Virus record (IMG/VR): IMGVR_UViG_3300033571_020726
Span: 1 to 64,000 of that record
DNA: 64,000 nt
Source: a virus
Direction: 5' to 3' (one strand)
The notes beneath the pieces are model-generated. The model saw only the letters and a program-made list of their open reading frames with translations, had not been told where the DNA came from and searched no databases. Of this stretch, positions 20,885-30,004 are shown in pieces (within the stretch, counting starts at the first letter, position 1; each line of letters starts with the position of its first letter). Made by a program: the position numbers and the translations under genes.

Positions 20885-22138
20885 ATGTCTCAAATTAAAG
20901 GTAAGCAAATCTCTACAGGTACAGTTGCTTTAACAAAACTCGAATCATCCTCCACGGATAATGGCAAGTTAATTGTCACAACAAATGGCGTTCCAGCTTA
21001 TGTTGCATTATCATCAGATGCAACTCTTGCAGCTAATGGTGCACTTACTATTGCTAATAATGCTATCACAAGCGTCAAAATTAATGATACAGCTGTAACA
21101 CTTGCAAAATTAAATTCAGATGTCTATAGCACTGATACTACATTACCTTCTGGCGATAATTCAAAGTTACCTACTGTTCAAGCTGTTAGAACTTATGTTG
21201 ATAGTGTTGCAACAGGTCTTGATGTTAAAAAGAGTGTAAGGGTTGCTACAACAGCTGATGTTGGTACACTTGCTACGCCTACATTAAATGGTTCAAATGC
21301 TCTTGAAATTGATGGTATAACAGTTGTTGAAGGAAATAGAGTTCTTGTTAAAAATCAAGGTACTGGTTCACAAAATGGTATTTATGTCGTAGGTGCTTCA
21401 CCTGATTTTGCATTAACTCGAGCTGCTGATTCTGATAATTCACCTGCTGGTGAAGTAACATCTGGTATGTTTACATTTGTTGAACAAGGTAGCGCAAATG
21501 CTGCAACAGGTTGGGTATTGTCAACAACGGGTACAATTACTTTAGGAACTACAGCTTTAAGTTTTACACAATTCTCTGGCGGAACAGCTTATACAGCAGG
21601 CGATGGTTTATTATTAACAGGTCAATCATTTAGTCTTGAATTAAGTGAATTATCTGCACCAACAGGAGGTGTTAGCGTTGCAAATGATTCAGTTCCTATT
21701 ATTGATGCATCAGATTCAAACGGTTCTAGAAAAATAACAATTGTAAGTCTTATTTCAGCTGTTGCAGGTTCTGGTTTAAGTGCAACAAATGGACAATTAT
21801 CTGTATCAGCTGGCGCTGGATCATTTGTTAATTTTGAAACAACATCTTCTTCACTTACAGCATCTGGCGGTGGAGGTAATGGTACAGATACTACATTAAC
21901 AATTGGTCAAACTCCAGCTGCTGGAGCAACAGTACAAGTATTTGTGAATGGCATTAAGCAAATAGTATCATTTGCTGATAAGTCTGGTGATTGTTGGTTT
22001 ACAGCAGATGGCGCTGCAAATGCTGATCAACAAGCATATTCTTCTTTAACCTCTACATCACGTTTAAGATGGTGTGAAACAAATGCTGGTTTTGCAATTG
22101 AATCAGGCGATGTTGTAACAATTGTTGGAATGAAATAA
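20885..22138 (+). CDS. Fibre/virion decoration protein
   Basis: GLDVKKSVRVATT..IDG...GNRVLVKNQ...NGIYV..LTRAAD..GMFTFVEQG..GWV..FTQFSG domain widespread in phage fibre proteins; Gly/Ala/Thr rich. Confidence 0.75.
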   Translation: MSQIKGKQISTGTVALTKLESSSTDNGKLIVTTNGVPAYVALSSDATLAANGALTIANNAITSVKINDTAVTLAKLNSDVYSTDTTLPSGDNSKLPTVQAVRTYVDSVATGLDVKKSVRVATTADVGTLATPTLNGSNALEIDGITVVEGNRVLVKNQGTGSQNGIYVVGASPDFALTRAADSDNSPAGEVTSGMFTFVEQGSANAATGWVLSTTGTITLGTTALSFTQFSGGTAYTAGDGLLLTGQSFSLELSELSAPTGGVSVANDSVPIIDASDSNGSRKITIVSLISAVAGSGLSATNGQLSVSAGAGSFVNFETTSSSLTASGGGGNGTDTTLTIGQTPAAGATVQVFVNGIKQIVSFADKSGDCWFTADGAANADQQAYSSLTSTSRLRWCETNAGFAIESGDVVTIVGMK

Positions 22139-22170
22139 TATTATAATTTAATTTTTTTAAAAATTTAAAA

Positions 22171-22210
22171 CTTTATTTATGATATTTATTATCAAGTAAT
22201 ATAAATAAAG
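22171..22210 (+). promoter_or_regulatory. Anti-RBS hairpin with putative late promoter in the loop
   Basis: ctttatttat / ataaataaag perfect 10-bp stem; ATATTTA at 22182-22188 in the loop. Confidence 0.45.
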
Positions 22211-22219
22211 GTTTTTTAA

Positions 22220-22762
22220 ATGACACAAATAAAAGTCAAGCAAATATCAGATAAAAGTACTAATTTAGTTGAAATTGCAGGCATACAAACTATTACAGGT
22301 AATAAAACTTTAAGTGGTACAACAACAATATCTGGTAGTATAGCGTTAGGTTCTTCTGCAACAGCTACTACACAAGCATCGAATGATAATTCAACAAAAG
22401 TTGCAACAACTGCATATGTAACAACAGCAGTTGCAGGAGCGGGTGGAAGTAGTTCAACAACTAATATTCAAACAGTTTCAACAACATCAAGTATTACACT
22501 GTCATCTCCACTTACTTTAATTAGATGTACAAATACATCAACTATTACAATTACATTACCAAATGGTTCAGCATCTGCTGGTTATAGAGTAGATATTAAA
22601 CGATGTTCAACAGGAACTGTTAATATTGCAACACCTACAAATCAAATTTTTTTAGATTCATCGACATTAATAGGCATTTCAAGTGGAACAATGTTAACAT
22701 TAAATGCAATAGGACAATCTTGGACACTAATAGGACACGCATCAGGATGGGATGTAGTATAA
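22220..22762 (+). CDS. Short fibre protein
   Basis: QTITGNKT, DNSTKVATTAYV fibre repeat and ITLP..G..IKR..W tip-like module. Confidence 0.7.
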   Translation: MTQIKVKQISDKSTNLVEIAGIQTITGNKTLSGTTTISGSIALGSSATATTQASNDNSTKVATTAYVTTAVAGAGGSSSTTNIQTVSTTSSITLSSPLTLIRCTNTSTITITLPNGSASAGYRVDIKRCSTGTVNIATPTNQIFLDSSTLIGISSGTMLTLNAIGQSWTLIGHASGWDVV

Positions 22763-22789
22763 AATATATATTTTAAAAAGGAGAAATAA

Positions 22790-23308
22790 ATGACATATTA
22801 TTCAAATTTAGTTATGCCAAAAGATATAACATCACCAACAGCAAGATATGGGCAAAGACCTAGCTTTTATTGGGCAGCTGGTCCTACATATAATGGACTT
22901 GATTTATTAGTATCTACATCTTTAACAACTACATATGTTAATTCAAACAATACTGTTTTAGGTAATACAATAACTAATTATACAGCAGATTATGCTAATT
23001 ATATTATTGTAAATAATAACTCTAGTAATTGGGTTTTAACATTACCATTAGGATATTTTACTGATACAGGTACTTGGCCAGGTGCATGTACTTTTCATCT
23101 AAATATTAAAAAAACAGGTACTGGTACATTAACAATTCAAACGCCAGCAGATACAATAGGTACAAGGATTAGAGGCATTAATTCAACAACAAATAAAAGT
23201 TATACATTGTCAGCTTCAACTGAACAGACAATTACATTAATTTATTCGTATGGGTACAATAGTTCTGGGAGCGTTGATTCAACAGCAGAAATTTGGTATA
23301 CATTTTAA
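22790..23308 (+). CDS. Fibre tip/adhesin-like small protein, paralog of N-half of 23327
   Basis: LTLP..KKTGTGTLT..RGINSTTNK..YGYN..STAE.W shared with next gene; aaaggag RBS. Confidence 0.55.
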   Translation: MTYYSNLVMPKDITSPTARYGQRPSFYWAAGPTYNGLDLLVSTSLTTTYVNSNNTVLGNTITNYTADYANYIIVNNNSSNWVLTLPLGYFTDTGTWPGACTFHLNIKKTGTGTLTIQTPADTIGTRIRGINSTTNKSYTLSASTEQTITLIYSYGYNSSGSVDSTAEIWYTF

Positions 23309-23326
23309 AATGTTTAGGAGATATTT

Positions 23327-24538
23327 ATGACTTACACAGGTAATATAACATCAAGCGGACTATGGCTAACAAGTGGTAGTACTTTACAGGCTTTATTAAG
23401 TAATAGTACAAAACGAAGTAATAGAATACCATTTTATATTGTATCAAGTAGCACTGTTCAATCATTTTATTCGCTAGGCAATAGTGGCGGTTCAATAAGA
23501 CAACCTAATATTATTACAACAACAACAGCCTTAGGATCGACAGTCACTAATTTTTATGCAGGATATAATAATTATTATCTTGTAAATAATTCAACAAATA
23601 ATATTACAATCACATTACCTTCAGGAAATGGTTCTTCTTCAACACCGTTTTCTAACAATGCAATTGAATTAATGTTTAAAAAGACAGGTACAGGTACTGT
23701 AACATTAACAGTGCCAGCCGATTCTGCGAATCAAGTAAGAGGCATTAATTCAACAACAAATAAAAACTATGTTTTATCTTCAACAAATCAACAATGCGTT
23801 AGATTAATGTATACATACGGTTATAATGTTGATGGTACAGCTAATTCAACAGCTGAAGTTTGGCATGTTATAAAAGCTGTTACACAAAATATAGTACCTG
23901 TAAATGGTAGCATTTTATTTGCTGGCACAACTTCTACTTATTTAACATTACCTGTAGATGATAATCAATTATCATTTAGGACAGGTGATTTTACAGTAGA
24001 ATGGTGGCAATATCAAACAGATTCAAATGGTGCGCCTAGAGTTTTTTCATATGGTACATATCCTACTGCAACGTTTGGAGTTTCGATAGAAGGTGGCACT
24101 TTTTACTTATGGATTAATGGTGCTGCGAATAGTTTTGGCAGTGTAGGAACTTATAAAAATGTATTTACACATTTTGCTGTAACACGTTCTGGGACTACAA
24201 TAAGGGTTTTTAAAAATGGTACGCAATTAGGTTCTAATTTAACATCATCTTATGATTTTAATGATACAACTAATAATTTAAGAATTGGTAATGAACAATC
24301 ATTGACTACTAATGCAGCATTTGGCGGAAATTTAAAAGGCTTTCATTGGGTAAAAGGTACGGCATTATATACATCAACTTTTACTCCTAACTATAATTCT
24401 ATTTCGCCAGTTGCTGATACACATTTATTATTAAATGTCAGTGATTCTTCAAATTTAGTTACTGATAGTAGTGGATTAGGAAAAACAGTAACAAATACTG
24501 GCTGCACTTTTTCATCTATTACTCACCCTTTTTATTAA
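23327..24538 (+). CDS. Adhesin with C-terminal LamG/ConA-like lectin domain
   Basis: GDFTVEWW, HFAVTRSGTTIRVFKNG, KGTALYTSTFTP..DTHLLL are LamG-type motifs; aggag RBS. Confidence 0.8.
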   Translation: MTYTGNITSSGLWLTSGSTLQALLSNSTKRSNRIPFYIVSSSTVQSFYSLGNSGGSIRQPNIITTTTALGSTVTNFYAGYNNYYLVNNSTNNITITLPSGNGSSSTPFSNNAIELMFKKTGTGTVTLTVPADSANQVRGINSTTNKNYVLSSTNQQCVRLMYTYGYNVDGTANSTAEVWHVIKAVTQNIVPVNGSILFAGTTSTYLTLPVDDNQLSFRTGDFTVEWWQYQTDSNGAPRVFSYGTYPTATFGVSIEGGTFYLWINGAANSFGSVGTYKNVFTHFAVTRSGTTIRVFKNGTQLGSNLTSSYDFNDTTNNLRIGNEQSLTTNAAFGGNLKGFHWVKGTALYTSTFTPNYNSISPVADTHLLLNVSDSSNLVTDSSGLGKTVTNTGCTFSSITHPFY

Positions 24539-24541
24539 TTT

Positions 24542-24570
24542 TTGTATAAATATTTAATTTTTATTATAAT
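24542..24570 (+). promoter_or_regulatory. Sigma70-like early/middle promoter
   Basis: TTGTAT-N17-TATAAT upstream of the exonuclease gene; TATAAATA also present at 24545-24552. Confidence 0.55.
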
Positions 24571-24612
24571 TTATTTATATTTTACTAAATTTTATTTAAG
24601 GTTGATTATGAA

Positions 24613-25455
24613 ATGTCTATTTCTGTTAATTTATTAAAAGAACATGTTTCTTATTCTGAGGTTAAGGTGTGGAAAGAATGTTCTTGGAGGCATAAATTAT
24701 TGTATTTAGATAAAATTGAGGTATTTGAGGAGAGTCCTCATTTATATTATGGATCTATTGTACATGATGCTGTTGAACATTTTTTAAATACAAAAGAATT
24801 GAAATTACAAGAAATGGAAGAAAATTTAAAAAAAGAGTGGGATAGAGTTGGTTTTGATGGTATATGGCGTGAAGAGCAGGAGAAGAAAAATAAGAATTAT
24901 AAGCATATTGCATTTGAAAAATGGTTATTGTGGGCAAAAAATAGTATAAATGCTTTACCTAAATGGATGGATGAAAATTTTCCTTTATGGGAAACAGTAT
25001 CTGCTGAAGAGTTATTATATGAAGAGATGAATGAATTACCATTAAAATTTAAAGGATATATTGATTGTATTATTAAGATTCCTCAAAAGACAGAAGGAAA
25101 ATGGAAATATTACATTTTAGATTGGAAAACAGCGTCAGCACGTGGTTGGGACTGGGAAAAGCAACAGGATTTTTTAACGCATATGCAATTGTTATTGTAT
25201 AAAAATTTTTGGATGTTTAAAAATAATTTAACGTCACGTGATGTACAATGCGCATTTGTGTTATTGAAGAAAGTAGATAAAATAGAAAAAGTATGTCAGA
25301 TGATATCGATAAGTTCAGGACCAAAAAGTATGGAAGAGGCTATGAAAGTTGTTAGATCTATGATTAAAAGTATTACCAAGGTTAATCCGACATATTTAAA
25401 AAATAAAACTTCGTGTCAATGGTGTCCTTTTTTTAATACAGAGCATTGTAAATAA
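24613..25455 (+). CDS. PD-(D/E)XK exonuclease, Cas4/AddB/RecB-like with Fe-S cysteines
   Basis: SYS...ECSW..GSIVH N-terminus, KGYID..ILDWKT catalytic motif, QL..Y, C-terminal CQWCPF....C. Confidence 0.85.
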   Translation: MSISVNLLKEHVSYSEVKVWKECSWRHKLLYLDKIEVFEESPHLYYGSIVHDAVEHFLNTKELKLQEMEENLKKEWDRVGFDGIWREEQEKKNKNYKHIAFEKWLLWAKNSINALPKWMDENFPLWETVSAEELLYEEMNELPLKFKGYIDCIIKIPQKTEGKWKYYILDWKTASARGWDWEKQQDFLTHMQLLLYKNFWMFKNNLTSRDVQCAFVLLKKVDKIEKVCQMISISSGPKSMEEAMKVVRSMIKSITKVNPTYLKNKTSCQWCPFFNTEHCK

Positions 25456-25518
25456 TATTTATTTTTTTAATTTAACATATTTTTTAATTTTATTAAATTT
25501 TAATAATGTTTTTATAAT

Positions 25519-25815
25519 ATGGATGATGATGTGATATATTTTGTAGTTTTTTTATTGATATTATTATCAATTTTTGTTTACTTTTGTGTTAAATTTGCGA
25601 TGATTATAATCAAAATGCAAGATGTGATTGAAGATAGTTTAGATGTATTAGATGAGAAATATTCAAAAATTTCAGAGATTTTAAGTATTCCTATTTTTTA
25701 TGATTCTAAAGAGGTTCGTGATGTATTGTATGAAATAAATGGCGTTAGGAATTCAATTTTAGAGATTGCTCAAAAACTTACGAATGAAGAAGAAATAAAA
25801 GATGAGGAAACATGA
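25519..25815 (+). CDS. Small membrane-anchored coiled-coil protein
   Basis: N-terminal hydrophobic helix VIYFVVFLLILLSIFVYFCV; ATGA overlap with next gene. Confidence 0.6.
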   Translation: MDDDVIYFVVFLLILLSIFVYFCVKFAMIIIKMQDVIEDSLDVLDEKYSKISEILSIPIFYDSKEVRDVLYEINGVRNSILEIAQKLTNEEEIKDEET

Positions 25816-26630
25816 TAAAAAGAAAAAGTGTTAAAGTTGAAAATATAACTGAAGAAGATTTAAAAATCAGAAAAAGTAAAAAAGAAAAAGAAGAACAGTA
25901 TTTTTCAAATGATACACAACAGAAGATTGAAGAATATAAAAATGTGCAGACAAATGAAGAAAAATGGGAAATCTATTTAAATGATATTATGCCTGCATTT
26001 GAAATGTTGGTGGATAAACTTGTATCAGTATATAATTTTAAATCTTTTGATGATGATCTTGACACTATGAAGCGTGATTGCGTGTTTTTTTTATGGGAGA
26101 CTATTCAAAAATGGGACGGGGGTAAAGGTAAAAAAGCTTTTTCTTATTTTAATGTTGTCGCAAAAAATTGGTTGATTGCAAGATCTAGAAAAAATTATAT
26201 TCAACATAAAAGAACTGTTGTAATTGATGATGGAAATCAAACATATACACCAAATACACAACCAAAAGAAGAAAAAAGTAGTCAAAAGAAATATCCTAAA
26301 ATAAATTTATCGACATATATGGTTGATGAAACAGGTAATCCTGAGGAAATGATGATATATCAAGAGAAAATGCAAACTGTATATGCAATTATTGATCATT
26401 TATGTGAAAAATTAACAGACGTTAAAGAAAAAAAATGTATAGATGCTATTCGCGTTGTATTTGAAAATATTGATAATTTGGAGTTATTAAATAAAAGAGC
26501 AGTTTTAGTATATTTAAGAGAAATATCAGGATTAAATAATACAGAATTAAGTTCTGCATTATCTTCTATAAGAAAATTATATAAACAAATAAATAAAGAT
26601 ATGCAAGACGATTTATTTAGTCTGTTTTAA
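25812..26630 (+). CDS. Phage late-transcription sigma factor (T4 gp55-like)
   Basis: Sigma region-2-like segment FLWETIQKWD..KGKKAFSYFNVVAKNWL (compare gp55 NPFAYFT) and C-terminal HTH-like LREISGLNNTELS. Confidence 0.65.
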   Translation: MIKRKSVKVENITEEDLKIRKSKKEKEEQYFSNDTQQKIEEYKNVQTNEEKWEIYLNDIMPAFEMLVDKLVSVYNFKSFDDDLDTMKRDCVFFLWETIQKWDGGKGKKAFSYFNVVAKNWLIARSRKNYIQHKRTVVIDDGNQTYTPNTQPKEEKSSQKKYPKINLSTYMVDETGNPEEMMIYQEKMQTVYAIIDHLCEKLTDVKEKKCIDAIRVVFENIDNLELLNKRAVLVYLREISGLNNTELSSALSSIRKLYKQINKDMQDDLFSLF

Positions 26631-26639
26631 AGGTAAAAA

Positions 26640-27026
26640 ATGAGTAAAGATATTGATATTTTAACAAAAAAGCTTGATGATCAATCAAAAAAAGAAAACA
26701 AATTATCTAATTTTATTGAAATACTTGACGGTTTAACAAGTACAGAAGAAAAAAAGAAACTATTGTGGAAAGAAATATATGAAAACGCTATAGATGATAG
26801 AGAAAAAGCAAAAATATTATTTAATGATTGTTATCAAGTTATGGGTAATATCGATGTATCTGATCATATTAGCGTTGGACAAGTTATGTCAAAATATATT
26901 GAAAGAATGTCAAAATCGAATGATCAAATTTTAAAATTAGCTGAATTAATTGCACATGAGCAAGAAAAAGCTGAAGAAATTTCAGAGGATGAGTTGTTTT
27001 TAAAGATACAAAGCAGCGGTAGATAA
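26640..27026 (+). CDS. Helical phage protein linked to the sigma factor
   Basis: aaggt RBS; all-helical, KEIYEN...KSNDQILKLA; function unknown. Confidence 0.55.
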   Translation: MSKDIDILTKKLDDQSKKENKLSNFIEILDGLTSTEEKKKLLWKEIYENAIDDREKAKILFNDCYQVMGNIDVSDHISVGQVMSKYIERMSKSNDQILKLAELIAHEQEKAEEISEDELFLKIQSSGR

Positions 27027-27027
27027 T

Positions 27028-28740
27028 ATGTTTAGAAGAGCTATTATATTAGATGTTATTACACACCCTAATAGTATTAATCAAATTATTGATAAATTAA
27101 TAACACCCAATAAAGATATATCATTCCGAAATAAAAAAAAGGAATTAATAAAAGATTTACCTAGAAATTCAATAATAGCTATATTTTCAGGTACTAATGA
27201 AGCATTTGTAGCACTCCCGTTTTTTTCTTCTCATATGGGTTTACCTATTAAACCAAATGAAGAAGTGTGGATATATGAAGATTCTGCTTCTTCTAATGAC
27301 AGAAGTGTAGAATTTTTTTGGATATCTAGAATTCATAATGTAAATTTTATAGAAGACGTAAATTATACTCATCCTGATCGTAAATTTTTAAAAAATTATA
27401 ATCAAGAATCAGGTCAAAATATTGGATTAAATGTTGTAGCACCTCCATTTAATAATGGGCCAATCAGAAGTATATATAATATTCAAAATGACATTACTTT
27501 ATCTAAAATAGATAAAAAAAGTAAAATAAAATTTGATATTACAGGAAATTGGTTAAAAGAAAGTATTCCTAGATTTACAAAAAATCCTGGCGATTATGTT
27601 ATACAAGGTTCTAATAATACATTAATAAAATTAGGAACAAATAATATTAGAAAATCATCAAATAATTTATTAGAAAAGTATGGTTCAACAAATGCTTTTT
27701 CTGGTATTGAATCTAATAGTGGAACAATTGATATAGTCGCAGGTAGATGCGGAATAACACATTCTTTACTAACTAATAAAGAATTGAAAAATTATATAAA
27801 TTCAAACCAAAAAGAATATACAGGCTTATTATCAGTTGATGTATTTAAAAATGCAATGTTTTCTATTTATAATGAAAATGGATATTTAGAAAATACAAAA
27901 GATAATCTATTTTATTTTGGATCAAATAACCAAAATTTAGCTGAAGGTGATGCTGATTTTTTTACTGATATTAGTCGTTTATATATTTCAGAAAAATGTA
28001 ATGGTGATGAATTATTAAATTATTCTCAAATTTATTCTATTGATATAGATGGAAAACAAAAAGTTGTAGATAAATCAAAAAAGAGAGGGTTTATCATTGG
28101 TAAATCTGATGAAATTAGACTTGTTGCAAGGAATCCAGTATTTAATAGGAATTATGAAAACACGTTAAGTAATGTTTTTTTAGAACCTGAGATTGCTGGT
28201 TCTATTAAATTAATTAAAGAAGGTAATGATGATTTAGCGTATATTACACTTGAACATGATGGCGTTATTTCAATTGATGGTCCTAAAATTGTAATTGGTG
28301 ATAAAAAGCGTGAGCAAAATAACGGTTTAGGTAATAATATTTATTTAGGCAATGATGCAATTGAACCTGTGATATTAGGATTTCAATTAAAGGAACGTTT
28401 AGAAGCATTTATGGATCAAGTATCATTAGGGTTTTATAATATAGGTAAAGCATTAGATGAATTAAGCAAACATCAACATCAATATGCAGGCCCAGCAGGT
28501 ATTACATTATCACCACAACCTTCAGATATACGAGGCCCTTTGTTAAATATAACAATAAAGTCAACAATAGGGACAGCTGCAGGTCCTGAAGAAAATTTAC
28601 TTGAAAGAACAAACGTAGATGGTGAACAAGAAAATAATCGTAATTTTGAAGTAAATAATTTAGGTGAAATTTTGAATAATATTCAAACTTTAAAAACAGA
28701 ATTAAATAAAATCTTAAGTACTCTTGTTAAAACAAATTAA
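27028..28740 (+). CDS. Baseplate hub/central spike (gp5/gpV-like)
   Basis: OB-fold-like LPIKPNEEVWI, GD.VIQG.N..IKLG beta-helix segment, EPVILG, HQH metal-binding tip motif; two genes upstream of gp25. Confidence 0.7.
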   Translation: MFRRAIILDVITHPNSINQIIDKLITPNKDISFRNKKKELIKDLPRNSIIAIFSGTNEAFVALPFFSSHMGLPIKPNEEVWIYEDSASSNDRSVEFFWISRIHNVNFIEDVNYTHPDRKFLKNYNQESGQNIGLNVVAPPFNNGPIRSIYNIQNDITLSKIDKKSKIKFDITGNWLKESIPRFTKNPGDYVIQGSNNTLIKLGTNNIRKSSNNLLEKYGSTNAFSGIESNSGTIDIVAGRCGITHSLLTNKELKNYINSNQKEYTGLLSVDVFKNAMFSIYNENGYLENTKDNLFYFGSNNQNLAEGDADFFTDISRLYISEKCNGDELLNYSQIYSIDIDGKQKVVDKSKKRGFIIGKSDEIRLVARNPVFNRNYENTLSNVFLEPEIAGSIKLIKEGNDDLAYITLEHDGVISIDGPKIVIGDKKREQNNGLGNNIYLGNDAIEPVILGFQLKERLEAFMDQVSLGFYNIGKALDELSKHQHQYAGPAGITLSPQPSDIRGPLLNITIKSTIGTAAGPEENLLERTNVDGEQENNRNFEVNNLGEILNNIQTLKTELNKILSTLVKTN

Positions 28741-28754
28741 ATAGGTTATAAAAA

Positions 28755-29453
28755 ATGTCAAATCAAGAATATTCATTTAATGATAAAAACAAAATAATTG
28801 ATGAAATAATAAAACCTTTTTTTTCTGATCAAAATTTCGCTACAAAAAACGAAAATGATTATTTGTTTATTGCTACTGACTGTATTAAACGTGTCGAAAT
28901 TATTAAAAATCCTATTTTTCAAACATTTAATATTTCTTTTTCATTTTCTGCAGACGATCCATATGTTCAATCTAAAATAACATCATTTGAAAATAATGAA
29001 CAGTCATTTTGTGATGTATTTAAGGCTGTAATATCAAACTTTGATGAAACCCAAGGTTATTTTTCAAAAATATTAAGCATCGCAAGTTTAACTACAATAA
29101 ATCAAAGTTTTTTCGATTTACAATCATTGAATAATGGTTTTTTAAATGATAATTTTTATAATAAAATAAAAGAAAAGTTATTAGAACAAAATAAAAAATT
29201 TGTGAAAAGTGACTTTGATTATTTGAATTCTTTATGCTTTTACTATATTTTAAAATTATTGACAGATTCTTTAAATATTCAAGTTACTCCACCTACAGGT
29301 ACTCCTGTAATTTTGAATATTAATAAAAATGTGCCAATTTTAGCGCCGATTCCTTTAGATATTGTTAAAGATGTTAAAGAATCTATTTTAATTGATTTTA
29401 ATAATGACTTAAATGATTTTAAAACTGAAAATGAAAAATTTAATAATTTTTAA
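28755..29453 (+). CDS. Hypothetical baseplate-region protein
   Basis: 232-aa ORF with aggt RBS between spike and gp25. Confidence 0.55.
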   Translation: MSNQEYSFNDKNKIIDEIIKPFFSDQNFATKNENDYLFIATDCIKRVEIIKNPIFQTFNISFSFSADDPYVQSKITSFENNEQSFCDVFKAVISNFDETQGYFSKILSIASLTTINQSFFDLQSLNNGFLNDNFYNKIKEKLLEQNKKFVKSDFDYLNSLCFYYILKLLTDSLNIQVTPPTGTPVILNINKNVPILAPIPLDIVKDVKESILIDFNNDLNDFKTENEKFNNF

Positions 29454-29489
29454 TGCTATAATTAAAATTATAAGAATAGGTAAATATAA

Positions 29490-29993
29490 ATGTCTAATGA
29501 AACAAAAAACATTTTATATAAAAAAAATGGAAATAGCTTAAATAATTTATTTAAAAAAGCTGAATATGATAAAACTTTTATTAAACTTAAGCCTCTAGGA
29601 ATTAAAACACCTTTAGAAATTTCTCCTGGCGATGATTTATTTAAAATGCATTATGATTTTGATAAAGTAATAGAAGATAATTTAAAAAATTTAATAATGA
29701 CTGAACCTGGTGAAAGATTGTGTTTTCCATCATTTGGTACTGTTTTAAAAAATATATTATCTAGAACTGATATTGAAAATGTAGATGATTTATTAATGGA
29801 AGAAATCAAACGTGTTATTAATATATATTATCCTCCTCCTCTTATAAATTTAATATCTTTTGTTTCTTATAAAGATGAAGTAGAAAGTGATAAAAATAAT
29901 ATACCGATAATTGTATTAAAAATAAATTATTCTATGCCAATAGTTTCAAATGATATTAAAGAGATAATAATTAAATTAGGAATGAATAATTAA
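29490..29993 (+). CDS. Baseplate wedge subunit, gp25/gpW-like
   Basis: NLKNLIMTEPGERLCFPSFGT hallmark motif. Confidence 0.9.
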   Translation: MSNETKNILYKKNGNSLNNLFKKAEYDKTFIKLKPLGIKTPLEISPGDDLFKMHYDFDKVIEDNLKNLIMTEPGERLCFPSFGTVLKNILSRTDIENVDDLLMEEIKRVINIYYPPPLINLISFVSYKDEVESDKNNIPIIVLKINYSMPIVSNDIKEIIIKLGMNN

Positions 29994-30004
29994 AGGAAAA
30001 TATT

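Noticed and set aside
24613-25455. CRISPR-Cas locus
   Set aside because: Only a solo Cas4-like nuclease; no repeat-spacer array or other cas genes seen
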